Part shown: positions 27,128 through 37,492 of the stretch, one piece after another | How the letters are laid out: every line of letters begins with the position of its first letter | Position numbering within the stretch: the stretch's first letter is position 1 | DNA from: Flavobacterium sp. UBA7665 | GTDB lineage: Bacteria > Bacteroidota > Bacteroidia > Flavobacteriales > Flavobacteriaceae | Reading direction: 5' to 3' | Length of the DNA: 64,000 nt | NCBI GenBank assembly: GCA_002483285.1 | Contig: DLHP01000033.1 | Span: 22,980-86,979, forward strand | Program-made: the position numbers and the translations under genes | The notes under the pieces: model-generated | Told to the model about the DNA's origin: nothing | Seen by the model: only the letters and a program-made list of their open reading frames with translations | Database searches by the model: none

Positions 27128-28498
27128 TTAACCGAGTAAATCCAACACAAACGAAGGATACAATCCCATCGCGATATTGAGCAGCATCGAGACCACCGCA
27201 ACCGCATAAATCAAAACGGGTGTTCCGCTGCGTTCCTGGTTGGGTTCTTTGGTGTACATGGCCAGGATCAATTTGAAATAATAACCCACAGAAATGATCG
27301 AGTTGATGACCGCGGCAATCACCAAAAGCAAATGTCCGGCTTGGATTACCTGGTTGAATAAGATTAGTTTGGCGAAGAATCCAGAGAAAATCGGAATTCC
27401 CGCCATCGAAAGCAACGCACCAGTAAGGATTGCAGCGAGCAAAGGATTGGTTTTCCCGAGTCCGTGGAAATTCGTGATGTCTTCATTGTCTCGGTTGCGA
27501 CACACGTAAATAATGACGCTAAACGCGGCGATTCCGGCGAGCGCATAAGCCGCGGCATAATACAACAAACTCGAAGCAGCGATTGACGCGCTGAGCAAAG
27601 TCATCAGCATAAAGCCCGCATGCGAAATCCCAGAAAAAGCCAGCATCCGCTTCACGTTGCTTTGGCGTAAAGCCATGATGTTTCCTACGGTCATCGATGC
27701 AATTGATATGACTACAACAATCATTTGGAAAGCAGGCGAAATATCGGCATTAAGCACCGTCAACAATTTATAGAGTGTAGCCATAGCCACTACTTTGGCA
27801 AGTGTACTCATGGTAGCGGTAGTCAGTGATGGAGCACCTTCATAAACATCGGGAGCCCAGAAATGGAACGGAACTGCGGCAATTTTGAAAAGCATACCAA
27901 TCGTTACCAAAATGATTCCAATCGGGAACCAAACTGGCAATTCGGCAGAACTCGACAATTCGCTGATTTCAATCACGTCAAAGCTTCCCATGGCGCCGTA
28001 AATCAGGCAGATTCCAAAAAGGATGATTCCTGAGGCAAACGATCCCATCAGGAAATATTTCATACCGGCTTCGTTGCTCTTGAGGTTCAAACGGCTGCTG
28101 GCAGCCAAAATGTACAACGCAATCGACAGCACTTCAATACCCAGGAAAAACATCGCGAGGTTGCCAAAAGACACCATCGCAACAGCGCCCGACAAAAGGA
28201 AAATCTTGATGGCAATAAAATCAGAAAGTTTGGTTGGCTGGTTTTGGTAGAAGTTGTGGCTCAAGGCGACCAGGAAAATTGTGAGGATGATGAACAAGCC
28301 CGAAAAAGCCGAAGCAAATTTATTGACTACAATCATGTTGTTGTAGTAACTGGCTTCGAGCCCGAATTCGGATGCCGTTAAACCGAGGATGGCCAACAAC
28401 CCAAGAATGGTTACCGGAACGAGTGCCTTTCTCCAATTGAGGATTTCAAATAAAAGGCACAAAACACCCAATCCTATTATAGCTATTAATGTATTCAT
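27128..28498 (-). CDS. nuoN: NADH-quinone oxidoreductase subunit N
   Basis: EAGMKYF, FKIAAVPFHFWAPDVYEGAP, KRMLAFSGISHAG. Confidence 0.95.
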   Translation of the reverse strand: MNTLIAIIGLGVLCLLFEILNWRKALVPVTILGLLAILGLTASEFGLEASYYNNMIVVNKFASAFSGLFIILTIFLVALSHNFYQNQPTKLSDFIAIKIFLLSGAVAMVSFGNLAMFFLGIEVLSIALYILAASSRLNLKSNEAGMKYFLMGSFASGIILFGICLIYGAMGSFDVIEISELSSSAELPVWFPIGIILVTIGMLFKIAAVPFHFWAPDVYEGAPSLTTATMSTLAKVVAMATLYKLLTVLNADISPAFQMIVVVISIASMTVGNIMALRQSNVKRMLAFSGISHAGFMLMTLLSASIAASSLLYYAAAYALAGIAAFSVIIYVCRNRDNEDITNFHGLGKTNPLLAAILTGALLSMAGIPIFSGFFAKLILFNQVIQAGHLLLVIAAVINSIISVGYYFKLILAMYTKEPNQERSGTPVLIYAVAVVSMLLNIAMGLYPSFVLDLLG

Positions 28499-28513
28499 GT
28501 TTTATTGGACTAA

Positions 28514-29950
28514 TTATCGGTTTATTTGGGCTAAGATGGCTTCAAGGCTCGGCGTAATGAGGTCGGTGATGGGTTTTGGATAAAGTCCAAAAAAGAACAA
28601 GACCGCCACAATGAGCACCATGACCAATCCTTCGTTGAAAGAGACGTCTTTAAACACTTTGGCGTTGGTTTCACCCAGCATCACGTGTTGGAACATGCGC
28701 AACATATAGTAAGCACCCAAAATAATGGTGGTTCCTCCCAATATCGGCCAAACCACATTGACGTGCGCAAGGCTAAACAATACCATAAATTCCCCAACAA
28801 AGTTGAAGGTTGATGGCAGTGCCACCGAAGCCAAAACCAGGATCATAAACATCGAGGTGAATTTTGGCGTTTGGGAACGGATACCACCCATATCGGCAAT
28901 CATGCGGGTTTCATAACGGCGGAAGATGATTTCGGCAGCAAAGAAAAGCCCCACGACTACGAATCCGTGTGCAATCATCTGGAGTACCGCACCGCGCAAA
29001 CCATCCATGGTTAACGTGTAACAACCTGCGGCAATGAGTCCGACGTGTGCCAGTGAAGAGTAGGCGAGTAGTTTTTTGAGGTCTTTCTGGCGCAGGGCGA
29101 CAATCGAACCGTAAATCACGCCTGCGATTCCCAGCCCAAGCAATACGGGCATATACTGTTTGGCAGCATGCGGCGCGATGGGCAATTGCCAACGGATGAC
29201 ACTGTACAATCCCATTTTAAGCATGATTCCCGAAAGCAACATCGTGCCCACGGTTGGTGCTTTTTGGTATACTTTGGCCTGCCAGGTATGGAAAGGGATC
29301 AGCGGGATTTTGATGGCATAAGCGAGAAAGAAAGCGCCAAAAATCCAGCATTGTTCTTTGTCTGATAATTGGAGTCGGTACAAATCGCTGAGGAGCAAAC
29401 TTCCGGCTTGTCCGTAGAGGTAAACAAAAGCCACGAGCATGAACAAAGAACCCGCGAAGGTATAAATGAAAAATTTAACCACGGCTTTCTTGCGTTCTTC
29501 GGCGTCGCCATTGCCCCAAAGTAGAGCGATGAAATAAATCGGGATCAATGACAATTCCCAGAAAATATAATACAGCAAGCCGTCTGAAGCGAGGAAAGTG
29601 CCCACCATGGCAAACGACATGAACAAAATCAAGGCATAAATGGCTTTGGCATTTTTAAAGTCGTTGCCCAAACCACTCAAAATAATAATCGGCGTGAGTG
29701 CGGTGGTGAGCAAAAGCATTGCCAGCGACAATCCGTCGGCTTTGAGCGCAAAATAGATGTTGGGCCTCGTGATCCACGAAGCAATCACATCGATATTGTC
29801 ACCAGCCTGGAACAATTGCAGCAAATAAACCGAAAGCCCAAATGACGCCACCCCAAAAAGCAAAGCGACTTTCGAAGCCAGTTTGTCTCCAGAAAAATAC
29901 GTGGCCAGCGCGCCCGCAAAAAGTAAAATGAGTATGTAAGTTACATCCAT
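28514..29950 (-). CDS. nuoM: NADH-quinone oxidoreductase subunit M
   Basis: FWELSLIP, KIPLIPFHTW, LLKMG, KKLLAYSSLAHVG. Confidence 0.95.
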   Translation of the reverse strand: MDVTYILILLFAGALATYFSGDKLASKVALLFGVASFGLSVYLLQLFQAGDNIDVIASWITRPNIYFALKADGLSLAMLLLTTALTPIIILSGLGNDFKNAKAIYALILFMSFAMVGTFLASDGLLYYIFWELSLIPIYFIALLWGNGDAEERKKAVVKFFIYTFAGSLFMLVAFVYLYGQAGSLLLSDLYRLQLSDKEQCWIFGAFFLAYAIKIPLIPFHTWQAKVYQKAPTVGTMLLSGIMLKMGLYSVIRWQLPIAPHAAKQYMPVLLGLGIAGVIYGSIVALRQKDLKKLLAYSSLAHVGLIAAGCYTLTMDGLRGAVLQMIAHGFVVVGLFFAAEIIFRRYETRMIADMGGIRSQTPKFTSMFMILVLASVALPSTFNFVGEFMVLFSLAHVNVVWPILGGTTIILGAYYMLRMFQHVMLGETNAKVFKDVSFNEGLVMVLIVAVLFFFGLYPKPITDLITPSLEAILAQINR

Positions 29951-29959
29951 TAGTATAAA

Positions 29960-31843
29960 TTATTGAGCTAAGAATAAATAGGAAATAATGGCGCAAACGC
30001 CCAGTACAAAAGCAAACAGGTACAAACCGATGTTGCCATTCTGTATTTTTCTTCCGTAGTAACCGAGTTCTGTGGTCACTTTGCCAAAACCAAAAACGAG
30101 ACCCGACAAAGCCGTTTCAATATAATCCCTGAAAAAGCGCGACAGGAAGTTGATCGGTTTTACAACAAGCAACTCATAGGCTTCATCGACATAATATTTG
30201 TTGTATAACACTTTATTGATGCCAGAGATTTGTGCATCTTCCTCGGGCAATTGGCGTTGCTTGATGTATTTCACATAAGCAATCGCAATCCCAACGATGG
30301 CACCAACCAGCGCGATACCCATGAGCATGTACGCGGTATTATCAAGGCCGTGTTCGCCGTGTTTTGCCTTAGACATAATGGGCGCGAGGTAATGGTTGAG
30401 CCAACTGTTTCCGGGCAAGCTGATTGCTCCGCCCAGCGTAGCCAAAATGGCCAAGACAATCAATGGAATCGTAATCAAAGCAGGGCTTTCGTGCAAGTGG
30501 TGTTTCTGTTCGTCGGTTCCCCTGAAATCGTTGAAGAACGTCAGGTACATCAACCTAAACATATAAAAAGCAGTCATTATCGATGCGATCGAGCCAACAA
30601 TCCAAAGCGCTTTATTGTGCTCAAAAGCCACCATTAAGATTTCGTCCTTCGACCAGAATCCCGCGAAAGGGAAAATTCCTGAAATGGCCAAACTCGAAAC
30701 CAGCATTGTAATGAAGGTGATCGGCATCGCTTTTTTGAGCCCGCCCATGCGTCGCATATCCTGCTCGCCGTGCAAGGCGTGAATTACAGAACCAGAGCCA
30801 AGGAACAAACAAGCCTTAAAGAAAGCGTGCGTAATCACATGGAAAACGGCCACTTCATAAGCGCCCAATCCCAAAGCCAGGAACATAAGTCCCAATTGGG
30901 AAACAGTAGAATAGGCGAGTACTTTTTTGATGTCGTTTTGGACGAGTCCAATCGTTGCGGCGACGAGCGCGGTGGTGGCACCCACAACGGCGATAATGGT
31001 TTGAACTACTGGCGCCATGTCAAAAACAAAGTTCAAACGCGTCACCATGAAAATACCGGCGGTCACCATTGTAGCGGCGTGGATCAAGGCCGAAACCGGC
31101 GTCGGTCCTGCCATCGCATCCGGCAACCAAGTATATAACGGGATCTGTGCCGATTTTCCGCAAGCACCAATAAACAAACAAAAGGCCGCAACGGCTACCC
31201 AATAATGGTTGAACGGAATGCCGCTTGTGATGATGGCTTTCAAAGAAGTATAATCCAAAGTCGAGAATAAAGTTGCGAGGATGAAAATCCCAATGAGCAA
31301 TCCCAAATCCCCAATGCGGTTCATGATAAACGCTTTCTTGGCCGCGTCGTTGTAATCCTGGTTTTTGTACCAGAATCCGATGAGCAGGTAAGAGCACAAG
31401 CCCACGCCTTCCCAACCGATGAACATGACCAATAAATTGCTACCCACAACCAACGTAATCATAAAGAAAACAAACAAATTGAGGTAGGCAAAAAACGAAT
31501 GTACTTTCTCGTCATCGTGCATGTAACTAATAGAATACATGTGAATGAGCGAACCGATTCCGGTCACGAACAACAACCAAAGCAAAGACAATTGGTCTAA
31601 AAGGAAACCGATGTCCAGCCTGAAATTGCCAACCTGCATCCATTCAAACAAACGAATATTGATGGCTTTTCCCGAAGCGTTCACTTGCATAAAAAAGCTA
31701 ATGGTTGCCACGAATGAAACCACGACGGCAAGCGTCCCGATCCATCCCGAAGCGGTTTTTCCCAAACTTTTTCCAAAGAATACGTTGCACAGGAACCCTA
31801 AGAAAGGCGCTAAAACTAAAACTAAAGCTAATTGGTTGTCCAT
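29960..31843 (-). CDS. nuoL: NADH-quinone oxidoreductase subunit L
   Basis: GWEGVGLCSYLLIGFW, GKSAQIPLYTWLPDAMAGPTPVSALIHAATMV. Confidence 0.96.
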   Translation of the reverse strand: MDNQLALVLVLAPFLGFLCNVFFGKSLGKTASGWIGTLAVVVSFVATISFFMQVNASGKAINIRLFEWMQVGNFRLDIGFLLDQLSLLWLLFVTGIGSLIHMYSISYMHDDEKVHSFFAYLNLFVFFMITLVVGSNLLVMFIGWEGVGLCSYLLIGFWYKNQDYNDAAKKAFIMNRIGDLGLLIGIFILATLFSTLDYTSLKAIITSGIPFNHYWVAVAAFCLFIGACGKSAQIPLYTWLPDAMAGPTPVSALIHAATMVTAGIFMVTRLNFVFDMAPVVQTIIAVVGATTALVAATIGLVQNDIKKVLAYSTVSQLGLMFLALGLGAYEVAVFHVITHAFFKACLFLGSGSVIHALHGEQDMRRMGGLKKAMPITFITMLVSSLAISGIFPFAGFWSKDEILMVAFEHNKALWIVGSIASIMTAFYMFRLMYLTFFNDFRGTDEQKHHLHESPALITIPLIVLAILATLGGAISLPGNSWLNHYLAPIMSKAKHGEHGLDNTAYMLMGIALVGAIVGIAIAYVKYIKQRQLPEEDAQISGINKVLYNKYYVDEAYELLVVKPINFLSRFFRDYIETALSGLVFGFGKVTTELGYYGRKIQNGNIGLYLFAFVLGVCAIISYLFLAQ

Positions 31844-31849
31844 CTAAAA

Positions 31850-32173
31850 TTATCCTTTTAATTTTTTTAAATTGTCGATATCGATCGAGCCCAGGTTACG
31901 GAATATCGATACCAGAATCGCAAGCCCAACGGCTACTTCGGCAGCGGCAACCGCCATTGAGAAGAATACGAAAACCTGTCCCTGCGCGTCCTGGTGGTAG
32001 GTCGAAAAAGCCACGAACAATAAATTGACTGCGTTGAGCATGATTTCGATCGACATGAAAACAATAATCGCGTTTCTTCTGTACAACACCCCAAACACGC
32101 CGATGCAGAACAAAATGACACTCAGGAAAATGTAGTTTTCAATGCCGATATGATTCAAAATATTACTGGCCAT
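31850..32173 (-). CDS. nuoK: NADH-quinone oxidoreductase subunit K
   Basis: [23 protein letters not shown]. Confidence 0.95.
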   Translation of the reverse strand: MASNILNHIGIENYIFLSVILFCIGVFGVLYRRNAIIVFMSIEIMLNAVNLLFVAFSTYHQDAQGQVFVFFSMAVAAAEVAVGLAILVSIFRNLGSIDIDNLKKLKG

Positions 32174-32688
32174 TATTTCTGTGATTTTTCTTTTTTAGAC
32201 AATAACACCGTTCCGATCATCGCGGTCAATAACAAGATCGACGCGAATTCAAACGGAACCATATATTCATTGAGCAGTACTTTTCCAAGTACTTTGATTG
32301 ATTGGTAATCGGTACCAGTGGTATCGTAAGGTCCTACAATCGGTTTCGAATTGATGAAAATCGCAATCAAAACCAAACACATCAAGCAAAAGCAAACCAC
32401 GGCGCCCAAACGGGTAATGCGGGGTTTGTGTACTTCGTCTTCCTTATTGAGATTCATGAGCATGATGGTAAACAGGAACAAAATCATAATCGCCCCCGAA
32501 TACACAATCACGTGCACAATCGCTAAAAACTGCGAGTTCAAAAGCAAATAATGGCCGGCGATAGAAAAGAAACAAACCACGAGGTACAGCGCGCTGTGGA
32601 TCGGGTTCTTCGAGAAAATCGTCATAAACGCAGTGGCCAGCGTCACCGCCGACAAGACACAAAATATAATCAGTACTACAGACATCAA
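32173..32688 (-). CDS. nuoJ: NADH-quinone oxidoreductase subunit J
   Basis: [31 protein letters not shown]. Confidence 0.95.
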   Translation of the reverse strand: MMSVVLIIFCVLSAVTLATAFMTIFSKNPIHSALYLVVCFFSIAGHYLLLNSQFLAIVHVIVYSGAIMILFLFTIMLMNLNKEDEVHKPRITRLGAVVCFCLMCLVLIAIFINSKPIVGPYDTTGTDYQSIKVLGKVLLNEYMVPFEFASILLLTAMIGTVLLSKKEKSQK

Positions 32689-33230
32689 TTGGCGTTTTTA
32701 AGTTGGGCGTTCTTCATGGCTTCGGTTAACGGCATCACGAGTTTGTCTTTGCCGAAAATAAAATCCTCACGGTTGTATAGCGCCGGAACCAAAACCTTAG
32801 ATTCGGTCAAATAAATCGCGTCTTTCGGGCAAGCCTCTTCGCAAAGTCCGCAGAAAATGCATCGCAGCATGTTGATTTCATAGATCGAAGCATATTTTTC
32901 CTCGCGGTACAAGTGTTTTTCGCTGGGCAATCTTTCCTCGGCTTTCATCGTGATGGCTTCTGCCGGGCAAGACAAGGCGCACAATCCGCAAGCGGTACAG
33001 TTCTCACGTCCCTGTTCGTCGCGCTTGAGCAAATGCTGTCCGCGATACACTGGGCTCATTCTCCTGACTTGTTCGGGATATTGTATGGTCACTTTGCGCG
33101 TAAAAAGGTGCTTGATGGTAATCATCAAACCCTTAAAGATCGCCACAAGATAAAGGCGCTCCATAAAAGTCATCTCCTTGTTGGAGACCTGCTTTTTACG
33201 GCCCGATAATGAAATGGATTCTATTGACAT
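32685..33230 (-). CDS. nuoI: NADH-quinone oxidoreductase subunit I
   Basis: Two 4Fe-4S motifs CTACGLCALSCP and CIFCGLCEEACP. Confidence 0.95.
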   Translation of the reverse strand: MSIESISLSGRKKQVSNKEMTFMERLYLVAIFKGLMITIKHLFTRKVTIQYPEQVRRMSPVYRGQHLLKRDEQGRENCTACGLCALSCPAEAITMKAEERLPSEKHLYREEKYASIYEINMLRCIFCGLCEEACPKDAIYLTESKVLVPALYNREDFIFGKDKLVMPLTEAMKNAQLKNAN

Positions 33231-33248
33231 TTTTTATTTTTTTAGAAG

Positions 33249-33338
33249 CTAATCCCGCTTTCCGCTGCTATCTTTTTAAATTCCTCCGCTGCGCTTCGTG
33301 ATTTAAAAAGGATATCCGCTTCAATCGGGGCTAGGGCA
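33249..33338 (+). repeat. REP-like element, copy D, inside the nuo operon
   Basis: cgctttccgct...atcttttt...aaaaaggatatccgcttcaatcg, same skeleton as copies A-C. Confidence 0.6.
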
Positions 33339-33350
33339 TTCGTGTCCTGT

Positions 33351-33869
33351 TTAATTTTTATAACCTATTTTGTTTCGTTCTGCTTTGTTCTCGTTCTTTT
33401 CCATGAGTTCGTCGAGATAGTTAAAAACCAATTCGATGTTTTTGTCGTGGTTGGCGAGCTTTTTTCTGATCGTTTCAATTTCAAGCTTGATACTTAAATT
33501 GTCGTTTAGTATTTCCCTCAAACTAACAAATACCTCAATAATTTTAATGCTCATTCGGGTAGCCTTTTCACTGTTCAGAACATTGGCCAGTTGCAAAATA
33601 CCATGCTCGCTAAAAACGTACGGCAACCTTCTATTTCCTCCCCAACTTGAGGTCGCAAACTGCGACCTCAAGTTGTTGTATTCTTCCTCATTGAGCTGAA
33701 ACATAAAATGCTCAGGGAATTTCAACGCATTTCGCTTCACCTGTTCATTAATCCTCTTTGTTTCAACGTTGTAAAGCGTTGCTAAATCACGATCCAGCAT
33801 CACTTTCATGTTCCTGATGAAATAAATCTTATTAGAGATTATTTCGTCAGGGATAATGACCTTATCCAT
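33351..33869 (-). CDS. ORF6N-domain DNA-binding protein inserted between nuoH and nuoI
   Basis: KIYFIRNMKVMLDRDLATLYNVETKRINEQVKRN..KFPEHFMFQL...LPYVFSEHG. Confidence 0.88.
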   Translation of the reverse strand: MDKVIIPDEIISNKIYFIRNMKVMLDRDLATLYNVETKRINEQVKRNALKFPEHFMFQLNEEEYNNLRSQFATSSWGGNRRLPYVFSEHGILQLANVLNSEKATRMSIKIIEVFVSLREILNDNLSIKLEIETIRKKLANHDKNIELVFNYLDELMEKNENKAERNKIGYKN

Positions 33870-33938
33870 AAAAAATCTATTTGGCGTTTAAAATCGGCGA
33901 CTATTTTTGAGGTGTTGTTCGCCAACCACCTTGATATT

Positions 33939-34991
33939 TTACAAGCCCAAATAAGCGGCAATGTCATGCCTCAAAATCACAATTCCCGTAATCATAATAT
34001 TAATGATTGACAACGGAATCAAAATTTTCCAACCCAAATTCATCAACTGGTCATACCTGAATCTCGGAATCGTCCACCTTACCCACATATAGAAAAAGAT
34101 GAAGAAACAGATTTTGGCAAACAATACAAAAATTCCAATCACATTGGCGATATTCACACCCCAATGTTCAACAGCCCAAGCCATTCCCGGATAGTTGTAA
34201 GCGCCAAAGAATAACACGGCCAGAATGGTCGACGAGATGAACATGTTCGCGTATTCGGCAAACAGGTAAAATCCCATTTTCATAGACGAGTATTCGGTAT
34301 GATAACCACCGATAAGTTCGCTTTCGCACTCGGCCAAATCAAACGGCGTACGGTTGGTTTCGGCAAAGGCACAAATCAGGAAAATCAAAAACGACAACGG
34401 CTGGTAAAATACGTTCCAGTTCATGCCGGTTTGTTGTAATGAAATCTCCCTAAGGCTCAAGGTTCCAGTCATCATGAGCAGCGCGATTACAGACAAACCC
34501 ATCGCTACTTCATAAGATACCATCTGCGAAGCCGCACGAACCGCGCCCATCAAAGAGAATTTGTTGTTCGATGCCCAACCGCCAATCATAATCCCATAAA
34601 CGCCTACAGAGATAACTCCAAAAACATACAATAAAGCCACATCAATATCAGTCGCCTGTAAAATGATGTCACGACCAAATAAATGTAATTTGTCGCCCCA
34701 CGGAATCACGGCACTCGTCATCAATGCGGTACTCATGGCAATCGCAGGACCGGTGATGAACAATAATTTATTGGGTGTATTTGGGAAAAATTCTTCTTTA
34801 GAGAACAGCTTCAAACCATCGGCAAGCGGTTGTAAAATCCCACCTTTTCCAGCGCGGTTTGGGCCAATCCTGTCCTGCAACCAAGCGGCAATCTTGCGCT
34901 CGGCCAAAGTCGAGTACATCGCCATGATCATCGTGATGGCAAAGACTGCAACGATAATGACGCTTTTTTCTATAATGAGGGTACTATCCAT
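33939..34991 (-). CDS. nuoH: NADH-quinone oxidoreductase subunit H
   Basis: ERKIAAWLQDRIGPNR, ETNRTPFDLAECESEL. Confidence 0.96.
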   Translation of the reverse strand: MDSTLIIEKSVIIVAVFAITMIMAMYSTLAERKIAAWLQDRIGPNRAGKGGILQPLADGLKLFSKEEFFPNTPNKLLFITGPAIAMSTALMTSAVIPWGDKLHLFGRDIILQATDIDVALLYVFGVISVGVYGIMIGGWASNNKFSLMGAVRAASQMVSYEVAMGLSVIALLMMTGTLSLREISLQQTGMNWNVFYQPLSFLIFLICAFAETNRTPFDLAECESELIGGYHTEYSSMKMGFYLFAEYANMFISSTILAVLFFGAYNYPGMAWAVEHWGVNIANVIGIFVLFAKICFFIFFYMWVRWTIPRFRYDQLMNLGWKILIPLSIINIMITGIVILRHDIAAYLGL

Positions 34992-36033
34992 TGTTGTGCA
35001 GTTTTTTCTGGTTGGCGATGTCTTCCTCAGTTAAGGGAATGGCAGGCATACTGATTTTCTTGCGGTCGATGTCGCGTCCCATCAGGATATTTTTCTCAGT
35101 TGCAATTTCTACCTTATCGAGTTTGCGCGTGTAATTATTTTGGTTGATGACAGAGTCTTTCTCAAATCGGCGTGGTCCTTCAATCACCCAATCAGCCGGG
35201 TCTTTGTGGTCAAAACGACATTCGTTGCAGATGAATTCCTCTACTTCATGGTATTCATCTTTGCGTCCGGTTACGCGTTGGATTTCGTCACCGAACATCC
35301 AAACCGTGGTTTTACCGCAACACTTGGTACAGTTTCTATGGGCGTTATAAGGTTTGTTGAACCAAACCCTTTGTTTGAATCGGAAAGTTTTGTCGGTCAA
35401 GGCGCCAACCGGGCACACATCGATCATGTTTCCAGAGAATTCATTGTCAATCGCCTTAGAAATACAGGTTGAGATGTTCGAGTGGTCGCCGCGATCCATC
35501 ACACCATGTACGCGGTTGTCGGTCAATTGGTCGGCCACCATCACACAACGGTAGCACAAAATGCAACGGTTCATGTGCAGTTGGATGTTCGGCCCAATGT
35601 CTTCGGGTTCAAACGTACGCTTGTCTTCTATGAAACGCGTTTTTGATTTGCCGTGCTTGAAGCTCAAATTCTGCAAATCGCATTCGCCGGCCTGGTCACA
35701 AACCGGACAGTCGAGTGGGTGGTTGATCAGCAAGAATTCGGTAACCGATTTTCTGGCTTCCTCTACGCGATCGGATGATTTGCTGTTGACTTCCATGCCA
35801 TCCATACAACCCGTAACACAAGACGCCATTAATTTTGGCATCGGCCTTGGGTCGGCTTCGCTTCCCTTAGAAACCTCCACCAAACAACAACGGCATTTGC
35901 CACCGCTTCCTTTGAGTTTAGAATAATAGCACATCGCCGGCGGCACACTTTCGCCACCAATCATACGCGCCGCTTGCAGGATGGTAGTTCCTGGCTCGAC
36001 TTCTATGCTTTGTCCGTCTATGGTTACTTTCAT
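34984..36033 (-). CDS. nuoG: NADH-quinone oxidoreductase subunit G, short form (Fe-S domain only)
   Basis: CYYSKLKGSGGKCRCC, HPLDCPVCDQAGECDLQ, CILCYRC, DVCPVGALT; 349 aa. Confidence 0.9.
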   Translation of the reverse strand: MKVTIDGQSIEVEPGTTILQAARMIGGESVPPAMCYYSKLKGSGGKCRCCLVEVSKGSEADPRPMPKLMASCVTGCMDGMEVNSKSSDRVEEARKSVTEFLLINHPLDCPVCDQAGECDLQNLSFKHGKSKTRFIEDKRTFEPEDIGPNIQLHMNRCILCYRCVMVADQLTDNRVHGVMDRGDHSNISTCISKAIDNEFSGNMIDVCPVGALTDKTFRFKQRVWFNKPYNAHRNCTKCCGKTTVWMFGDEIQRVTGRKDEYHEVEEFICNECRFDHKDPADWVIEGPRRFEKDSVINQNNYTRKLDKVEIATEKNILMGRDIDRKKISMPAIPLTEEDIANQKKLHNNG

Positions 36034-36040
36034 AATTTTT

Positions 36041-36072
36041 AGTCTAAAGTCTAAAGTCTAAAGTCTAAAGTC
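36041..36072. repeat. Heptamer tandem repeat (agtctaa) x4.5 between nuoF and nuoG
   Basis: Read directly; followed by ttcgact heptamer variants. Confidence 0.85.
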
Positions 36073-36123
36073 GGTTGCTGCGGATGCTTCTTTCGACTTT
36101 CGGCTTTTCTCTTTCGACTGGTC

Positions 36124-37491
36124 TTATACTGTTGCTTTCGCGACCAAATGTTTCACCTTCTCAAAAGGTTCGGCAACAAAATGGTCTCTGTTTTTAATTT
36201 TTTCTGGGAAACGAACGTGGTATTCAAATTCGTCGCGGAAATGACGGATCGCCGCAGCAACGGGCCATGCAGCCGCGTCACCCAATGGGCAAATCGTATT
36301 TCCTTCAATCTTGCTCTGGATGCTCCACAACAAATCGATATCTTCTTCACGGCCGTGGCCGTTTTCAATTCTATGCAATACTTTCTCGAGCCAACCCGTT
36401 CCTTCGCGACAGGGCGAACATTGTCCGCAGCTTTCGTGGTGGTAGAATCTTGAGAAATTCCAGGTGTTTCTTACGATACACGAAGTGTCGTTATAGACGA
36501 TGAATCCGCCCGAACCCAGCATCGATCCGGTAGCAAAACCACCGTCGCTTAAAGATTCGTAACTCATCAATCGGTCTTCACCGGCCGCGGTTTTGTAAAT
36601 TAGGTTCGCGGGTAAAACGGGAACTGAACTTCCGCCGGGAACAAAGGCTTTCAACGGTCTGTCCGAAGACATTCCACCCAAATATTCGTCAGAATTCATG
36701 AATTCGTAAACACTAAGGCCAAGTTCGATTTCATAAACGCCGGGATTTTTAATGTGTCCCGAAGCCGAAATCAATTTGGTTCCGGTTGATCGTCCAATAC
36801 CGATTTTAGCGTAATCCTCACCCGAATTGTTTACAATCCACGGCACAGCCGCAATCGTTTCTACGTTGTTCACTACTGTTGGATTTGCCCAAAGCCCAGA
36901 AACGGCCGGAAATGGTGGTTTGATTCTTGGGTTTCCGCGTTTGCCTTCAAGCGATTCAATGAGTGCGGTTTCTTCGCCGCAGATATAAGCGCCGCCGCCA
37001 ATCTGCACGTACAAATCCAAATCGTAGCCCGAACCCAAAATGTTTTTTCCGAGCCAACCGGCAGCTTTCGCTTCGGCAATGGCTTTCTCTAATATTTTAT
37101 AAACCCACATGTATTCACCGCGGATGTAGATGTAGGACAAGTTCGCTCCAAGTGCGTAGCTTGACGTAATCATGCCTTCAATCAAAAGGTGTGGGATGTA
37201 TTCCATAAGGAAACGGTCCTTGAAAGTGCCCGGCTCCGATTCATCGGCGTTACACACCAAATGGCGTGGTTTGCCCGATTTTTTGTCGATGAAACTCCAT
37301 TTCATTCCGGCAGGGAAACCCGCGCCGCCACGACCGCGAAGTCCAGAAGTTTTTACTTCTTCGACGACTTCATCCGGGGTCATTTTCTTGAGCGCTTTCT
37401 CTACCGATGCGTAACCGCCTTCTTTGCGGTACACGTCGTAGGTCTTGATGCCCGGAACGTTAATCTTGTCTAATAATATTTTCTTTGACAT
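36124..37491 (-). CDS. nuoF: NADH-quinone oxidoreductase subunit F
   Basis: GLRGRGGAGFP, NADESEPGTFKDR, GAYICGEETAL, CGQCSPCREG. Confidence 0.97.
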   Translation of the reverse strand: MSKKILLDKINVPGIKTYDVYRKEGGYASVEKALKKMTPDEVVEEVKTSGLRGRGGAGFPAGMKWSFIDKKSGKPRHLVCNADESEPGTFKDRFLMEYIPHLLIEGMITSSYALGANLSYIYIRGEYMWVYKILEKAIAEAKAAGWLGKNILGSGYDLDLYVQIGGGAYICGEETALIESLEGKRGNPRIKPPFPAVSGLWANPTVVNNVETIAAVPWIVNNSGEDYAKIGIGRSTGTKLISASGHIKNPGVYEIELGLSVYEFMNSDEYLGGMSSDRPLKAFVPGGSSVPVLPANLIYKTAAGEDRLMSYESLSDGGFATGSMLGSGGFIVYNDTSCIVRNTWNFSRFYHHESCGQCSPCREGTGWLEKVLHRIENGHGREEDIDLLWSIQSKIEGNTICPLGDAAAWPVAAAIRHFRDEFEYHVRFPEKIKNRDHFVAEPFEKVKHLVAKATV

Positions 37492-37492
37492 A

